From Crocinitomicaceae bacterium (lineage in GTDB: Bacteria > Bacteroidota > Bacteroidia > Flavobacteriales_D > Crocinitomicaceae): a DNA stretch of 40,029 nt. Made by a program: the position numbers and the translations under genes. Under the pieces are notes generated by a model. It was not told the DNA's origin, did no database searches, and worked only from the letters and a program-made list of their open reading frames with translations. Below, in pieces: positions 1 through 9,699 of this stretch (position 1 is its first letter; every line of letters starts with the position of its first letter). Location: assembly GCA_044349575.1 (NCBI GenBank), contig JBIKQS010000001.1, positions 1-40,029 on the forward strand, read 5' to 3'.

Positions 1-567
1 TTCTAATTCCTCAACTCCTGCTACTTCAGTTGCAACATACGTATCAACTGTTACTTGACATCCGTTGTCATCTGTGATTGTTGCGTTGTAAGCTCCAGCA
101 GTAGTGATTCCATAAAGATCTTCGGTTATTTCTCCGTTAGACCAATTGTACGTATAATCAGCTATTCCTCCTTGAACAAACAAATCTAAATTTACGGTTG
201 AGTGAATAGTTGTTTGGGTAATCATTGCTTGAAGTGCTTCAGGAGCTGTAACTTCAAAAGAAGCCCAAAGCGTTTCTCCGTCGTTTGTTTGAATTTTAAC
301 GCGGTAGATTCCAACAGAAAGATTAGTTAAATCTTCGGTTGTTGTTCCATTATCCCACGTAAATGTATTTACTGTGTTGTTAGCTACTTCAATATCGATA
401 CTTCCATCGTTCAATCCAGCACAACTGATGTGGTGAACCGTATAAGATACCACTTCTTGGTTAGCTGTATTAACTACTGAACCGGTAGTGATTGTTTCAG
501 CTTGTGCATTAAAAAGAGCTGTTCCTAAGAAAAGACTTGCGATAAGGTTGCGAACTGAAGTTTTCAT
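1..567 (-). CDS. Secreted protein with SprB-type repeats, N-terminal part (3' end runs off the window start)
   Basis: Not in the ORF track because there is no stop in the window. Hand translation from ATG at 565-567 gives MKTSVRNLIASLFLGTALFNAQA (signal peptide). Two units follow of the form C-x-G-x-x-DGSI ... Y/F-T-W-x-NG-x-TTEDL ... G-x-Y ... D-x-NGC, typical of SprB-repeat adhesin-like proteins. The frame is open to position 1. Confidence 0.6.
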   Translation of the reverse strand, partial: MKTSVRNLIASLFLGTALFNAQAETITTGSVVNTANQEVVSYTVHHISCAGLNDGSIDIEVANNTVNTFTWDNGTTTEDLTNLSVGIYRVKIQTNDGETLWASFEVTAPEALQAMITQTTIHSTVNLDLFVQGGIADYTYNWSNGEITEDLYGITTAGAYNATITDDNGCQVTVDTYVATEVAGVEELE

Positions 568-819
568 TTTGTTTCGTTTTGATTTCTGAAACAAAAGTGC
601 GCTAACTCCAAAGAAATTATCCTATTATTTAGGATGTACAACAGTAAAATACGGGAGCATACTAAGCGATAACTAGGTGTTTACATAGGTAACTTACGTA
701 GTTGTTCGTATGAAACATACACTCATGGAATTACACTAAGTTTGTAAGTATGATTCTTTCAAGGATTAAAAACACGGATAAATTGGGAAAATACTACCGC
801 CATTGATGAAAGTAGTAAC

Positions 820-3144
820 CTAGTTTAGCACCAAAACCTTTCCAACCTTCTTGTCTTTACCTTCATTCATAGCTGTCCAGATAATATAAACACCCGTTGC
901 CACACGCTCACCGTTTAAGTTCTTACAATCCCACGTTGCGGTACCACCGTTAGATGTTGTTTTGTACACGAGATTTCCAACTACATCTGTAATTTTAACA
1001 TCGGAATTATAGCGAATACCTTGAATTGTTACTGGTCCAAGATGAGAAGGTCTAACTGGATTTGGGAAAATAGCCGTACTTGTATATTCTGGATCTTCGT
1101 AGGTTGCGTTTGTTCGATAAGACACTAGCCCCTTATCTGTTATTATAAACAATTCGCCGGTAGTTTGGTCTAGCTTCAAATCATAAATAATATCAGAAAT
1201 CAAAGGTGAATTTTCGGTTGTGTGCTGTTCAATTATTTCAGAACCATCAGCAGACAATAATAAAATTCCGGCATTGGCCGTTGCGATCCATTTGCGATTT
1301 CCTCCATCCACTTCAATGTCTGTGATATGGGTTGACCCTAAAACATATTCGACATTACCTTCAAATTGAACCTTTACACGTTGGGCATCGTATTCACCAG
1401 TATTGGCATCAAAAGATGAGCTGGCGTTATACAAGATAGCAAAGCCTGCATCTGTTCCGATCCAAATTTCTCCTTCAAAATCTGCAGCAATAGCAGTAAT
1501 ATTTTCTGATGGCAAGGCGCCGTAGTTTTCTCCCGACTTAAGGTTAATGCGTTTATCGTCCGCTGTATTAGATAAAGTTCCATTTGTATTATATCCAAAT
1601 AGACCAGCATTATCAGTGCCACACCACATATTTCCATCAAAGTCGATGATCATTTTTTTTGTGTACTTATTTTTTGCCCCAAAACCCAGGTCAAAATTCA
1701 TCCAATTACTATCTTCAGCGGATCTGACATTTAACGGTCTATCACAATAGCCATTCAAACACCATAAATTTCCTTTTTCATCGTAACAAACATCCGACAC
1801 AAGCGACCAACCATTTCCAACTGATGTAGATTTCAAGGTTGAATTATCTTCCGTAAAAACTTGACCTTGGTCTTTATTAAAAATAGTTAGAGGAACTTCG
1901 GAATAGGTACATGTCGCATATTCATCCGGTTTTTTTGGATTGATAGATACGTCTATAAAATCAAAAACATCTAATCCATCCCAGCAGTTTTGTTCAAAAA
2001 CATCGGTTAAAGACCATGATTCATTTTCAAAAAAATGAATTCCATTTCTTGAAAAACCAGGTAATTTCCCAATAAGATAACCTGATGCAATGGCTAATTT
2101 CCCATTGTGGGAATCCATGGCATAAAAATATTTATTCCAAGAACCAGAACCTGTATAGAGGTCGTAAGAGAAATAATTAGAGGGAAACCAAACAAGCCCG
2201 AGACGAAAATCAGAAACCCATGTTCCAACGGAGTTACTTGAAGATCTACTGACTAAAAATTCTTTATTGAAAGTTCCGGAACCATAAAAAAGTACTTCGT
2301 TAAAGTTTTCATCGTATTCAACATAAGCTCCGTTGACATTTAACGCTAATTTCCCATTTGCTAAAACGTTTATAGAATTAATTTTTGCCTCCCAAGGAAA
2401 ACTGGAAATAACTTGATGACCGTTAGTCGTTAATTTTAAAACAGAATCTGCAACAGAACCTTGAACTTGCATCAATACAACTAATTGGTTGTTAAAATTT
2501 TCAATTTCTCGGTACGTAACTCCATTGATAGTTGATACACGCGGGTCTGTATTCCATTGAGAAGCATCTGCCAATGCCACATTTGATAAAAGCCCAACTA
2601 AGAGTTTTGTTGGGGACAATGCGAAAACAGTATCGCCCTTAAAACAAATATCATTAACCGCTTCTAAAGAATTGGTTGGGTAATATGTATCTTTTATCTC
2701 ATTTTTTAAGGCGTCTATTTTAAGAATGGCAAAATCACATGCTGCATAAATAAAATTTCCTTGTTGTTCAAATCTATTAATTCGTTTCGAACTAGACACT
2801 GATGCCAATTCAAGGGCTGGAATGTTGTAAACCTTATTGTTTTTTAGTCGATCAATATTTCCATTTTCATAACCGATATACAACGATTTGTCTTGATAAT
2901 CATAATACAAACAAGAAATTTCAATATCAGATAATCCATTGAGAACGTTCAACAAGGTTTGACTTTTATCTGACAATTTTAAAACAGACAAGCCATTTTC
3001 ATATGCTGTATAAACATACTCTTCGGTTGCAACGACATCTATGGCTGATTTGGTTGTAGAATGAAACCGCCATTCACCTGTGCCAATTTGGGCATAAACT
3101 GAAATGGTCAATAAAAAAGAAATTAAAACGGATAAAAACTTCAT
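820..3144 (-). CDS. T9SS-associated double beta-propeller protein with C-terminal sorting domain, PorZ-like
   Basis: 774 aa, signal peptide MKFLSVLISFLLTISVYAQ. Repeated two-component-regulator-propeller motifs (NITAIAADFEGEIWIGTDAGF, HITDIEVDGGNRKWIATANAG, IIDFDGNMWCGTDNAGL). C-terminal FPNPV...VKITDVVGNLVY...GVYIIW...KVLVLN resembles a T9SS type A CTD. Size and architecture match PorZ; orthology is not verified. Confidence 0.55.
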   Translation of the reverse strand: MKFLSVLISFLLTISVYAQIGTGEWRFHSTTKSAIDVVATEEYVYTAYENGLSVLKLSDKSQTLLNVLNGLSDIEISCLYYDYQDKSLYIGYENGNIDRLKNNKVYNIPALELASVSSSKRINRFEQQGNFIYAACDFAILKIDALKNEIKDTYYPTNSLEAVNDICFKGDTVFALSPTKLLVGLLSNVALADASQWNTDPRVSTINGVTYREIENFNNQLVVLMQVQGSVADSVLKLTTNGHQVISSFPWEAKINSINVLANGKLALNVNGAYVEYDENFNEVLFYGSGTFNKEFLVSRSSSNSVGTWVSDFRLGLVWFPSNYFSYDLYTGSGSWNKYFYAMDSHNGKLAIASGYLIGKLPGFSRNGIHFFENESWSLTDVFEQNCWDGLDVFDFIDVSINPKKPDEYATCTYSEVPLTIFNKDQGQVFTEDNSTLKSTSVGNGWSLVSDVCYDEKGNLWCLNGYCDRPLNVRSAEDSNWMNFDLGFGAKNKYTKKMIIDFDGNMWCGTDNAGLFGYNTNGTLSNTADDKRINLKSGENYGALPSENITAIAADFEGEIWIGTDAGFAILYNASSSFDANTGEYDAQRVKVQFEGNVEYVLGSTHITDIEVDGGNRKWIATANAGILLLSADGSEIIEQHTTENSPLISDIIYDLKLDQTTGELFIITDKGLVSYRTNATYEDPEYTSTAIFPNPVRPSHLGPVTIQGIRYNSDVKITDVVGNLVYKTTSNGGTATWDCKNLNGERVATGVYIIWTAMNEGKDKKVGKVLVLN

Positions 3145-3198
3145 ACTAAAAAGTTCATTTATGAACGTTGAAAAACAAATTATGTTGTTACTAGACGA

Positions 3199-5403
3199 TT
3201 ATTTTATTGGAAAAGAATTGAAAAACTCAGATCCTTTATCATTTTTCCATTTCACATTTAGTTCAATAGGTCTAATTAACAAATTGTCTATTTCATATTC
3301 TTGATTCTTTTTTTCTCCTCCAAATAAGAAGAGGTTATAAGCACAAGTATCTGATTGAGTTTTGAAAACAGCCCGCACTCTCACTCGATCTTTTTGTTGA
3401 TCTGTAAATGAACAAATGGTTCGTTCGTAAAACCAACTTACTTGTTTGTCTTTTACAAATTCAATTCGCAGCGTATTGTCCATGTTTTTTACACCTTTCC
3501 AGAAATAATCAAAACTTACTTCATACCAATGATCAGTCTTCAATTGATTTTTGTCAAATTTTGCGAATGTATTGAAATTAGAAACCTTTGCTTTGAGGCG
3601 ATTGTCTTTGTTTTGATAATTTTCAAAAAGAAAATCTGACTGTTTATGGGTTTCAGCATTACTAAAATCAGTTTCCTCGGCTTTTACTAATTGGAATATT
3701 TTTTCTGGTGATAATCGTCGCAGCTCACCATATTTATTCTTAAAAACAGGGCTAGATAAATCATACCATTCTTGTTCATCCTCTGCGTAAAGTTGCTGGA
3801 AATCGAACCAAACCAAAAAATCTTTCGTGTTTAAAAGTGGTGATTTTATCTTGTTTTGATGCGTTGAGCCAAGACTTCTGAAAAAATCATGCGTTTGTGT
3901 AAAGCTCGTGCGGCCCATCATGCAGCTGTAAATGGGAAGTCCAGTATGTGATGATGCAATTAAGACATTGGTCATTGTTTTTTCAATAGGCTCTTTACCG
4001 TATAATTCCGAACCAATATGAAACCAAGGCAAAGGCAAAATACACTGATAGTTCGTTTTATTTTTTTGAATAAAGGAAATCAATTGCTGTTGCTCTACGG
4101 GTAAGTTTTCTTTTTTCAATAGGTTCTTAGAATAAGAGCGCTCCTTGGAAAGAACAGGAATTGCCTCAATAAAGTACAAAGCACTTCCGATTGATAACAA
4201 ACTAATTGCACTTATTTTTTTCCATTTAGTTTCTGCTTGATTATACAGATTGAACAAAACACAAAAACTTAATATGCCACTAACATAGTAAAACGGCCAA
4301 GCAAAACGCCCAACGGCTCTAAATTGTTTTAGCGGTTCCAAAACATCTAATAAGTAAGGAAATTGATTAAAAGGTATTCCAAATGAATACAATAAAAGAA
4401 GGATGCTTGAAAATAAAAAAAACACCATTTCTTTTGGAAAAAGTTCCATTTTATTTGGTTTGAAAAGTACTGTAATTCTCCTAAAAACAAGTGCAAAAAG
4501 GATAATGACACTGGTAATTCCAATGTACGAAGTTCCTTCCCAGTTTAAGTTTTCAAATGAAACAAAATTGCTTATGCAATCTCCTAAAAATCCATTGGGA
4601 GTTAGAAAAATGCTTTTCCAATGAGATTGATATTCAAAAAAACCAAAGGGTTCTGTGGTTCGATCCGTAATGGAATCACTCCATTTGGAAAGAATAAAAA
4701 AGATTAATAAAGGTAGAAATGTGAAACTTAGAGAGCTTAACAGATTCATCTTGTTTTTCCAAATTTTTGGTTGAAAAAGCAATGTTCCTCCAAGAAAAAC
4801 AGTTAACATTAAACCCAAATACCCATGTGTAAAATACCAGATTGTGGTGGAAATAAAAAGTAAGAATGTCCACTTTAATTTTTTTTCATCATGCATGAAT
4901 CGTATGAGAAAATACCAAGCCATTGGAATGAAGCATGAATAAGACATACTCAAATGTCCAAATAGGCGATAATATTGAGGTTGTAATGCAAAAAGTGCTA
5001 ATGCCCCTACAAGAGAAATCCAATCATTCTTGGTATAGAATTGAATGATTTTGAATAAAAAATAAGTCGTAAATAGAAATCCAATAACAATAGTAATGTG
5101 AATGATACCAACCGAATACTCGTAAAGAAAAGGGAAGAATTGTATTATAAATTGCAAGGCAGGAAAACCATCTGTAAATAAATAATTTTCGCCGTAAGGA
5201 TAATTCAATCCCGAAAAATGATTAAATGAACTTCGGTGTTTCAATTGATAATCAAAGACATAATAACTTTTTAAGCCATCGCCCTCAGAAATTAATAAAA
5301 AGTCGTTAGGAGAAGTTATAAGTTCGGGAATTGAGAATAAAATCAGCAGAATTGTTCCAAGTAGGAGCAGTAGTATAGGGCCATATTTTTTACTAATTCT
5401 CAT
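3199..5403 (-). CDS. Large polytopic membrane protein with about 300-aa C-terminal soluble domain, family unknown (GT-C-like architecture)
   Basis: 734 aa. The N-terminal ~420 aa contain many hydrophobic helices and the rest is hydrophilic. The start codon directly abuts the stop of the upstream gene (5403/5404). Confidence 0.7.
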   Translation of the reverse strand: MRISKKYGPILLLLLGTILLILFSIPELITSPNDFLLISEGDGLKSYYVFDYQLKHRSSFNHFSGLNYPYGENYLFTDGFPALQFIIQFFPFLYEYSVGIIHITIVIGFLFTTYFLFKIIQFYTKNDWISLVGALALFALQPQYYRLFGHLSMSYSCFIPMAWYFLIRFMHDEKKLKWTFLLFISTTIWYFTHGYLGLMLTVFLGGTLLFQPKIWKNKMNLLSSLSFTFLPLLIFFILSKWSDSITDRTTEPFGFFEYQSHWKSIFLTPNGFLGDCISNFVSFENLNWEGTSYIGITSVIILFALVFRRITVLFKPNKMELFPKEMVFFLFSSILLLLYSFGIPFNQFPYLLDVLEPLKQFRAVGRFAWPFYYVSGILSFCVLFNLYNQAETKWKKISAISLLSIGSALYFIEAIPVLSKERSYSKNLLKKENLPVEQQQLISFIQKNKTNYQCILPLPWFHIGSELYGKEPIEKTMTNVLIASSHTGLPIYSCMMGRTSFTQTHDFFRSLGSTHQNKIKSPLLNTKDFLVWFDFQQLYAEDEQEWYDLSSPVFKNKYGELRRLSPEKIFQLVKAEETDFSNAETHKQSDFLFENYQNKDNRLKAKVSNFNTFAKFDKNQLKTDHWYEVSFDYFWKGVKNMDNTLRIEFVKDKQVSWFYERTICSFTDQQKDRVRVRAVFKTQSDTCAYNLFLFGGEKKNQEYEIDNLLIRPIELNVKWKNDKGSEFFNSFPIK

Positions 5404-6999
5404 TTAATTCTTGTATGATTTTAAATCAAAAAGAAACACTGAATTTTTGGCGTAAACTGTATCTTTGGTAAATTGCTTCATCAAAGGATCTATTGGTTCA
5501 TTGCCAACAACCAACATGTACCGAGCTCCTTTTTTAATAAATGTTGGTATTTGCGAGTGATAAGGTTTTGTTTTTATAAAAGTATAATTACTAAAACCAA
5601 TTCTTCCTAAGGTATATAAATCTACATTTGGAGACTGATCCGTTAAGCAAAATAGCGTGTCTTGCTTCTTTACAATTTTTTGAATTTCATGCTTCTGTTC
5701 TTGAAGTTTTTGCAAATGCTCACTGTGATACCAATAAATTTCGTCCCAGTTTGTTTTTGTAAATTCTTGAACTAAAAACGAGTTTTTCGCCATATAATTT
5801 TTTTTACCAAAAGCGATTTGCGTGTATGATAAAGCTTGAAGAAAAACAAGAAGCAAAATGCTATATGTGAAATATAGTGCGAGTTTCCCCGTTATTGTTG
5901 ATTGCATATTTGTATGCTTAAAAGCAATAAAGAAAAAAATCAAAGGAAGATACAACATTTCGATTAAATAATAATCGTGAACATCAAATACCCAAAACCA
6001 AAGTAAAATATATCCAGTTGTGCCCAACAAACCAATTCCCAACAACCAATAAAATAAGGGTGAAATTTTACTTCGGATAGCCATAAAAAAGACTAATAAA
6101 CATGTTGGAATTAAAGCCCAATAACTGTAGAGCAAGTTAAATTGTCGCTTCCATATGATTTCCCAAATTTCTTTTCTTCGTAAAGCATCTACTTCCCAAA
6201 TCGGTCGAATGTCCGTTGAAAACATTAAAGAATGAAAACGAGCGTTATAACGAATTGCATATGAATACCATAATATTGTACAGAGGAAAGCAATTGAAAA
6301 AGCCACACATAGCAAGATAAAGATTTTTCGATGTGTAGTGAATAAATTTTTCTGCTGAAAAAAATAATAAAAGCCGCCCCCTATGGCAAAGGTTAAAATG
6401 GAAATTAATACGGTTACTTTAATTAAAATGGCCAAGGTTAAGAACACGGTAAAAAAAGCAAATGACCAGCTAGTTTTACTATTAGTAAAGACGAACAAAA
6501 AATAACTAGCAATTAAAGCAAAGGAAAATGAATAAACATTAGGCAATAAAGTATCAGAGTAAAACAAAAGAATCGGAGAACTGAATACAACTCCTATAAA
6601 CATGAGTGTTTTGAGATGGTTTTTTAGAAAGTGATTTACAACTGAACTAAACAGGGTAAGCGACCCGATTAATGTAGAAAAAGACACTAGTCTTGCTATC
6701 CAATCATGATGTCCAAAGAGTACCCATAGTTTTCCAATTACATAATAAATTAGTGGAAATTCTGCCGCAGCGTTTCGGTTTCCGTAAATTGAAATATGAT
6801 TCGTCTCCGGGGATAGAAAAGATGCACCTTGATAGTAGTTCCAGGCTAGAGATAAAGAATCTGCTTTTCTCCACGCATGTATGGGCATTACCCCATCAAA
6901 AAAATGATAGTTTAGGCTATAGAGAAAAAATAAAAAAAAGAGAAGAATTAAAGTCTTTATTTTTAATGGCAATGCGATTAACTGGGAATAAACACTCAT
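5404..6999 (-). CDS. GT-C fold membrane glycosyltransferase, ArnT/PMT (family 39/83)-like
   Basis: Polytopic protein. The N-terminal loop IHAWRKADSLSLAWNY...AAEFPLIYYVIGK resembles the conserved ArnT/PMT_2 periplasmic loop. I place the start at MSVYSQ (6999), 4 nt after the GT2 stop, rather than the track start at 7083, which overlaps the GT2 gene. Confidence 0.6.
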   Translation of the reverse strand: MSVYSQLIALPLKIKTLILLFFLFFLYSLNYHFFDGVMPIHAWRKADSLSLAWNYYQGASFLSPETNHISIYGNRNAAAEFPLIYYVIGKLWVLFGHHDWIARLVSFSTLIGSLTLFSSVVNHFLKNHLKTLMFIGVVFSSPILLFYSDTLLPNVYSFSFALIASYFLFVFTNSKTSWSFAFFTVFLTLAILIKVTVLISILTFAIGGGFYYFFQQKNLFTTHRKIFILLCVAFSIAFLCTILWYSYAIRYNARFHSLMFSTDIRPIWEVDALRRKEIWEIIWKRQFNLLYSYWALIPTCLLVFFMAIRSKISPLFYWLLGIGLLGTTGYILLWFWVFDVHDYYLIEMLYLPLIFFFIAFKHTNMQSTITGKLALYFTYSILLLVFLQALSYTQIAFGKKNYMAKNSFLVQEFTKTNWDEIYWYHSEHLQKLQEQKHEIQKIVKKQDTLFCLTDQSPNVDLYTLGRIGFSNYTFIKTKPYHSQIPTFIKKGARYMLVVGNEPIDPLMKQFTKDTVYAKNSVFLFDLKSYKN

Positions 7000-7003
7000 T
7001 TCA

Positions 7004-7936
7004 TCAAATATTGGATTCTTCGATGATGTAATTTGGTCTTTTTTTGCTTTCAGAGAACAATTTCCCCAAATAAACACCAACAATTCCCAACATCATTAAT
7101 TGAATCCCTCCAATAAACAAAATGGATGCAATGGTCGATGTCCAACCTGCAACTGCTTCTGTTGTGAATAGTGAAACATAAATCGCATATAACGCATAGA
7201 AAAAGGAGCAAAGAGCTAGAAATGCACCTAAATAAATGGAGAAATAAAGCGGTTTAGCACTCGAAGAGGTAATTCCGGTTAGTGCAAAACGTACCATCTT
7301 TGAAAATGTATATTTGGTATTACCCGAAAATCGCTCATTTGGAATATATTCTACACCATGTTGCTTAAATCCTAAGCCAGGAATAATTCCACGGTAAAAC
7401 AAGTTATTCTCATTGAAATTTTTTAATGCCTCAACTACAGATCGATCTAAAAGTCTAAAATCAGCTGTACCTTCTTCTAATTTGGTTTCAGAAAGGTAAT
7501 TAACTAATTTATAAAACATTTTCGAAGTTAATTTCTTGAAAAAGGATAAATCACTTGTGTCTTTTCGTTTCGTATAAACGACTTTATTTCCCGATCTCCA
7601 ATGTTCGATTAAGGTTGCAATCAACTCCGGCGGATGTTGTAAATCGGCATCCATACTAATTACAGCGGCCCCTTGGGCAAAATCAAGTCCGGCGCGCAAT
7701 GCATTTTGATGACCAAAATTTCTGCTAAAATGAATAAACTTTACCCGATTATCGTGAACAGTTAATTCTTTGATTTTCGTCAATGAATTATCGTGGCTGC
7801 CATCATTCACATAAATGATTTCAAAGGAATGAATCGCAACTTTTTTTAGTTCACTTTCAAGTTGATTGTATAGCTCACTAATATTTCCTTCTTCGCAATA
7901 GGTTGGAATTACAATGGAAATCTCAGGTTTATTCAT
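7004..7936 (-). CDS. Polyprenyl-phosphate glycosyltransferase, GT2 family (GtrB/ArnC/DPM1-like)
   Basis: 310 aa. SIVIPTYCEE, YVNDGSHDNS, SMDADLQHPP and FRLLDRS motifs plus two C-terminal TM helices give the classic GtrB/ArnC layout. Confidence 0.85.
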   Translation of the reverse strand: MNKPEISIVIPTYCEEGNISELYNQLESELKKVAIHSFEIIYVNDGSHDNSLTKIKELTVHDNRVKFIHFSRNFGHQNALRAGLDFAQGAAVISMDADLQHPPELIATLIEHWRSGNKVVYTKRKDTSDLSFFKKLTSKMFYKLVNYLSETKLEEGTADFRLLDRSVVEALKNFNENNLFYRGIIPGLGFKQHGVEYIPNERFSGNTKYTFSKMVRFALTGITSSSAKPLYFSIYLGAFLALCSFFYALYAIYVSLFTTEAVAGWTSTIASILFIGGIQLMMLGIVGVYLGKLFSESKKRPNYIIEESNI

Positions 7937-7973
7937 TTTTAAGTGCTAATTCTTTTGCAAGATTATTGTTTTA

Positions 7974-8005
7974 CAAACTTAACACGAATTACCATCAAGT
8001 GCAAA
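7974..8005 (-). promoter_or_regulatory. Putative Bacteroidetes sigma-A promoter for the GT2 operon
   Basis: The minus strand reads TTTG-N20-TAAGTTTG, matching the -33 TTTG / -7 TAnnTTTG consensus. The -7 box ends 37 nt upstream of the ATG at 7936. Confidence 0.4.
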
Positions 8006-8030
8006 TCCTACTTTCTTAAAGGATAAAGAA

Positions 8031-9638
8031 TTAATTCAGCGTAAAAATTTTCTGAATCGATCCGTCGGAATAGTGGTATATCAATACTGAATTTGGTTTA
8101 TATTCCGTTTCTCTTCCCATTAAATCGGTAATCTTTATACGTGTTTTTGAATTTGGTTGTATTTCTTCTATCCCAATATACCCTAAGAAAAAGGTTTTGC
8201 AATACGAATCATTTGGAACATTTAAATCCGTTAAATAATTCGGGTGACTTGAATAAACACAGAGTTCTCTGGTAATAGAATCCGATGGAAAAAAATTTGT
8301 TTCTTGATGCATCAACCCTAAATTCACCCAAGTAGAATCACCCGGCGGCAAATTTATACCTGAAAAATGCGCTGTGAATACCGTTGGCTGACAAATTCCT
8401 TGTTCTGAAATAAGATGATTTAACCTACAATCAGACACAAAATTGTTTCCAAAATTTTTAAGGAGCACCTCGCCATAGACTGAAATCGTATATACCCCAG
8501 TAAACCCGGAATTTGTAATATCTACTTGCGTGGATTGAAAATCCAGAATACCGACATCCGAACTATTTATCATCGCATTTTCTGTTGATTGTCTTGAAAA
8601 ATCAAGATATCGAACGGATTTAAAATTAGTTAAAAGGTGATTCTTTGTTACAGAAATGTGTGAGTAATTGAAATCTAAATATTCCTGTGTATTTGTTTGA
8701 TTATTAATAGATTGTGAGTTGATTACCTGTAAGTTATGATTGAGTTTATGGATGTTAATAGAAGTTCCGTTGTTGCTAATAAATTCAACAAAAGTTGGAG
8801 AAACTTTGAGGTGTGAGTAATTCGAAAATCCAGGAAGATTGGTTGTTTGAAGAATCTGAAAATTTTGGTTTAGTAAATAAAGACTATCACTGGTTAGTAC
8901 AAAAAGAGAATCATTGAGAACCTCACTATTTTTGATGGTAGTTGAAAATGCTCGAGTTGAAATAGTGCTTCCTAAATCATCAAATCCATAAAGTGAATCT
9001 TGCTTGAATCCAATCTTATCGAAGTTGCCAAACTGATTAACGCCATCAAGAACTGACTTTTGGATGGTTAAACTATCAACTATATTACCATTCGAATTTA
9101 GCGTGTAAATTTTACTTTCATTCGGATTGAGTGAGTTATTGGAATAATTAACGAGGATGGTATTGGCATCTAAAATTTTCAGTCCTTTAACATTTAATTC
9201 TAACCAATTTTGTTCTGGCCAAGAATACCACCATAGTTGATTTCCATTTTCATCATATTTGGAAAGAAATACATCGGAGGATTCTGCAACATCACAATAT
9301 TGTGTCCCCCAACCTAAAATGTAGACGTTTCCATCACTTGATGCTACAATTTCTTTCATATCGGTGATTTCATGAAATTGAGGCATAATGGTTCGACTCC
9401 ACACAACATTACCAACGGTATCTATTTTTTTTAAATAGGAGTAAGTGAAAAAGGAGCCGGATACGCTCTCCTGTTGAAGAAAATAGGAGTATTCATTTGA
9501 AACAGTTACCCCTTGGCTTATTTGATTAAAATTATCATTGAACCCCAATTCACAGTTGAGACCGGGATTTTGAGTGTTGCCCTGAACTAAAATAAAAACA
9601 CTTAAGAGGAGAGCTAGGTATTTCATTTTGAGAAACAT
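8031..9638 (-). CDS. Secreted hypothetical protein, probable T9SS cargo
   Basis: 535 aa with an N-terminal signal peptide (true start may be MKYLALLL at 9626). Repeated GN-x-x-W beta-propeller-like motifs. C-terminal IKITDLMGRE...IQKIFTLN resembles a short T9SS CTD. Confidence 0.6.
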   Translation of the reverse strand: MFLKMKYLALLLSVFILVQGNTQNPGLNCELGFNDNFNQISQGVTVSNEYSYFLQQESVSGSFFTYSYLKKIDTVGNVVWSRTIMPQFHEITDMKEIVASSDGNVYILGWGTQYCDVAESSDVFLSKYDENGNQLWWYSWPEQNWLELNVKGLKILDANTILVNYSNNSLNPNESKIYTLNSNGNIVDSLTIQKSVLDGVNQFGNFDKIGFKQDSLYGFDDLGSTISTRAFSTTIKNSEVLNDSLFVLTSDSLYLLNQNFQILQTTNLPGFSNYSHLKVSPTFVEFISNNGTSINIHKLNHNLQVINSQSINNQTNTQEYLDFNYSHISVTKNHLLTNFKSVRYLDFSRQSTENAMINSSDVGILDFQSTQVDITNSGFTGVYTISVYGEVLLKNFGNNFVSDCRLNHLISEQGICQPTVFTAHFSGINLPPGDSTWVNLGLMHQETNFFPSDSITRELCVYSSHPNYLTDLNVPNDSYCKTFFLGYIGIEEIQPNSKTRIKITDLMGRETEYKPNSVLIYHYSDGSIQKIFTLN

Positions 9639-9699
9639 AAAGCTATGTAATTTTTCTCAAAAATACGTGGGAGAAGTTCTATAAACAGAGAATTTGAGA

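Noticed and set aside
792-817. A 6-bp stem (TACTAC/GTAGTA) with a 14-nt loop and TTTT just after the PorZ-like stop on the minus strand.
   Set aside because: The stem is short and AT-rich and the loop is large. This is marginal evidence for a terminator, so it is not listed as a feature.
1374-1750. Two small ORFs nested in the PorZ-like gene.
   Set aside because: They are nested in or antisense to a 774-aa CDS with clear repeat motifs, and nothing independent supports them.
7004-7083. An 80-nt overlap between the 559-aa track ORF and the GT2 gene, which might suggest overlapping genes or a frameshift.
   Set aside because: An in-frame Met (MSVYSQ, 6999) sits 4 nt after the GT2 stop and precedes the first TM helix. 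The extension is most simply an ORF-calling artefact.
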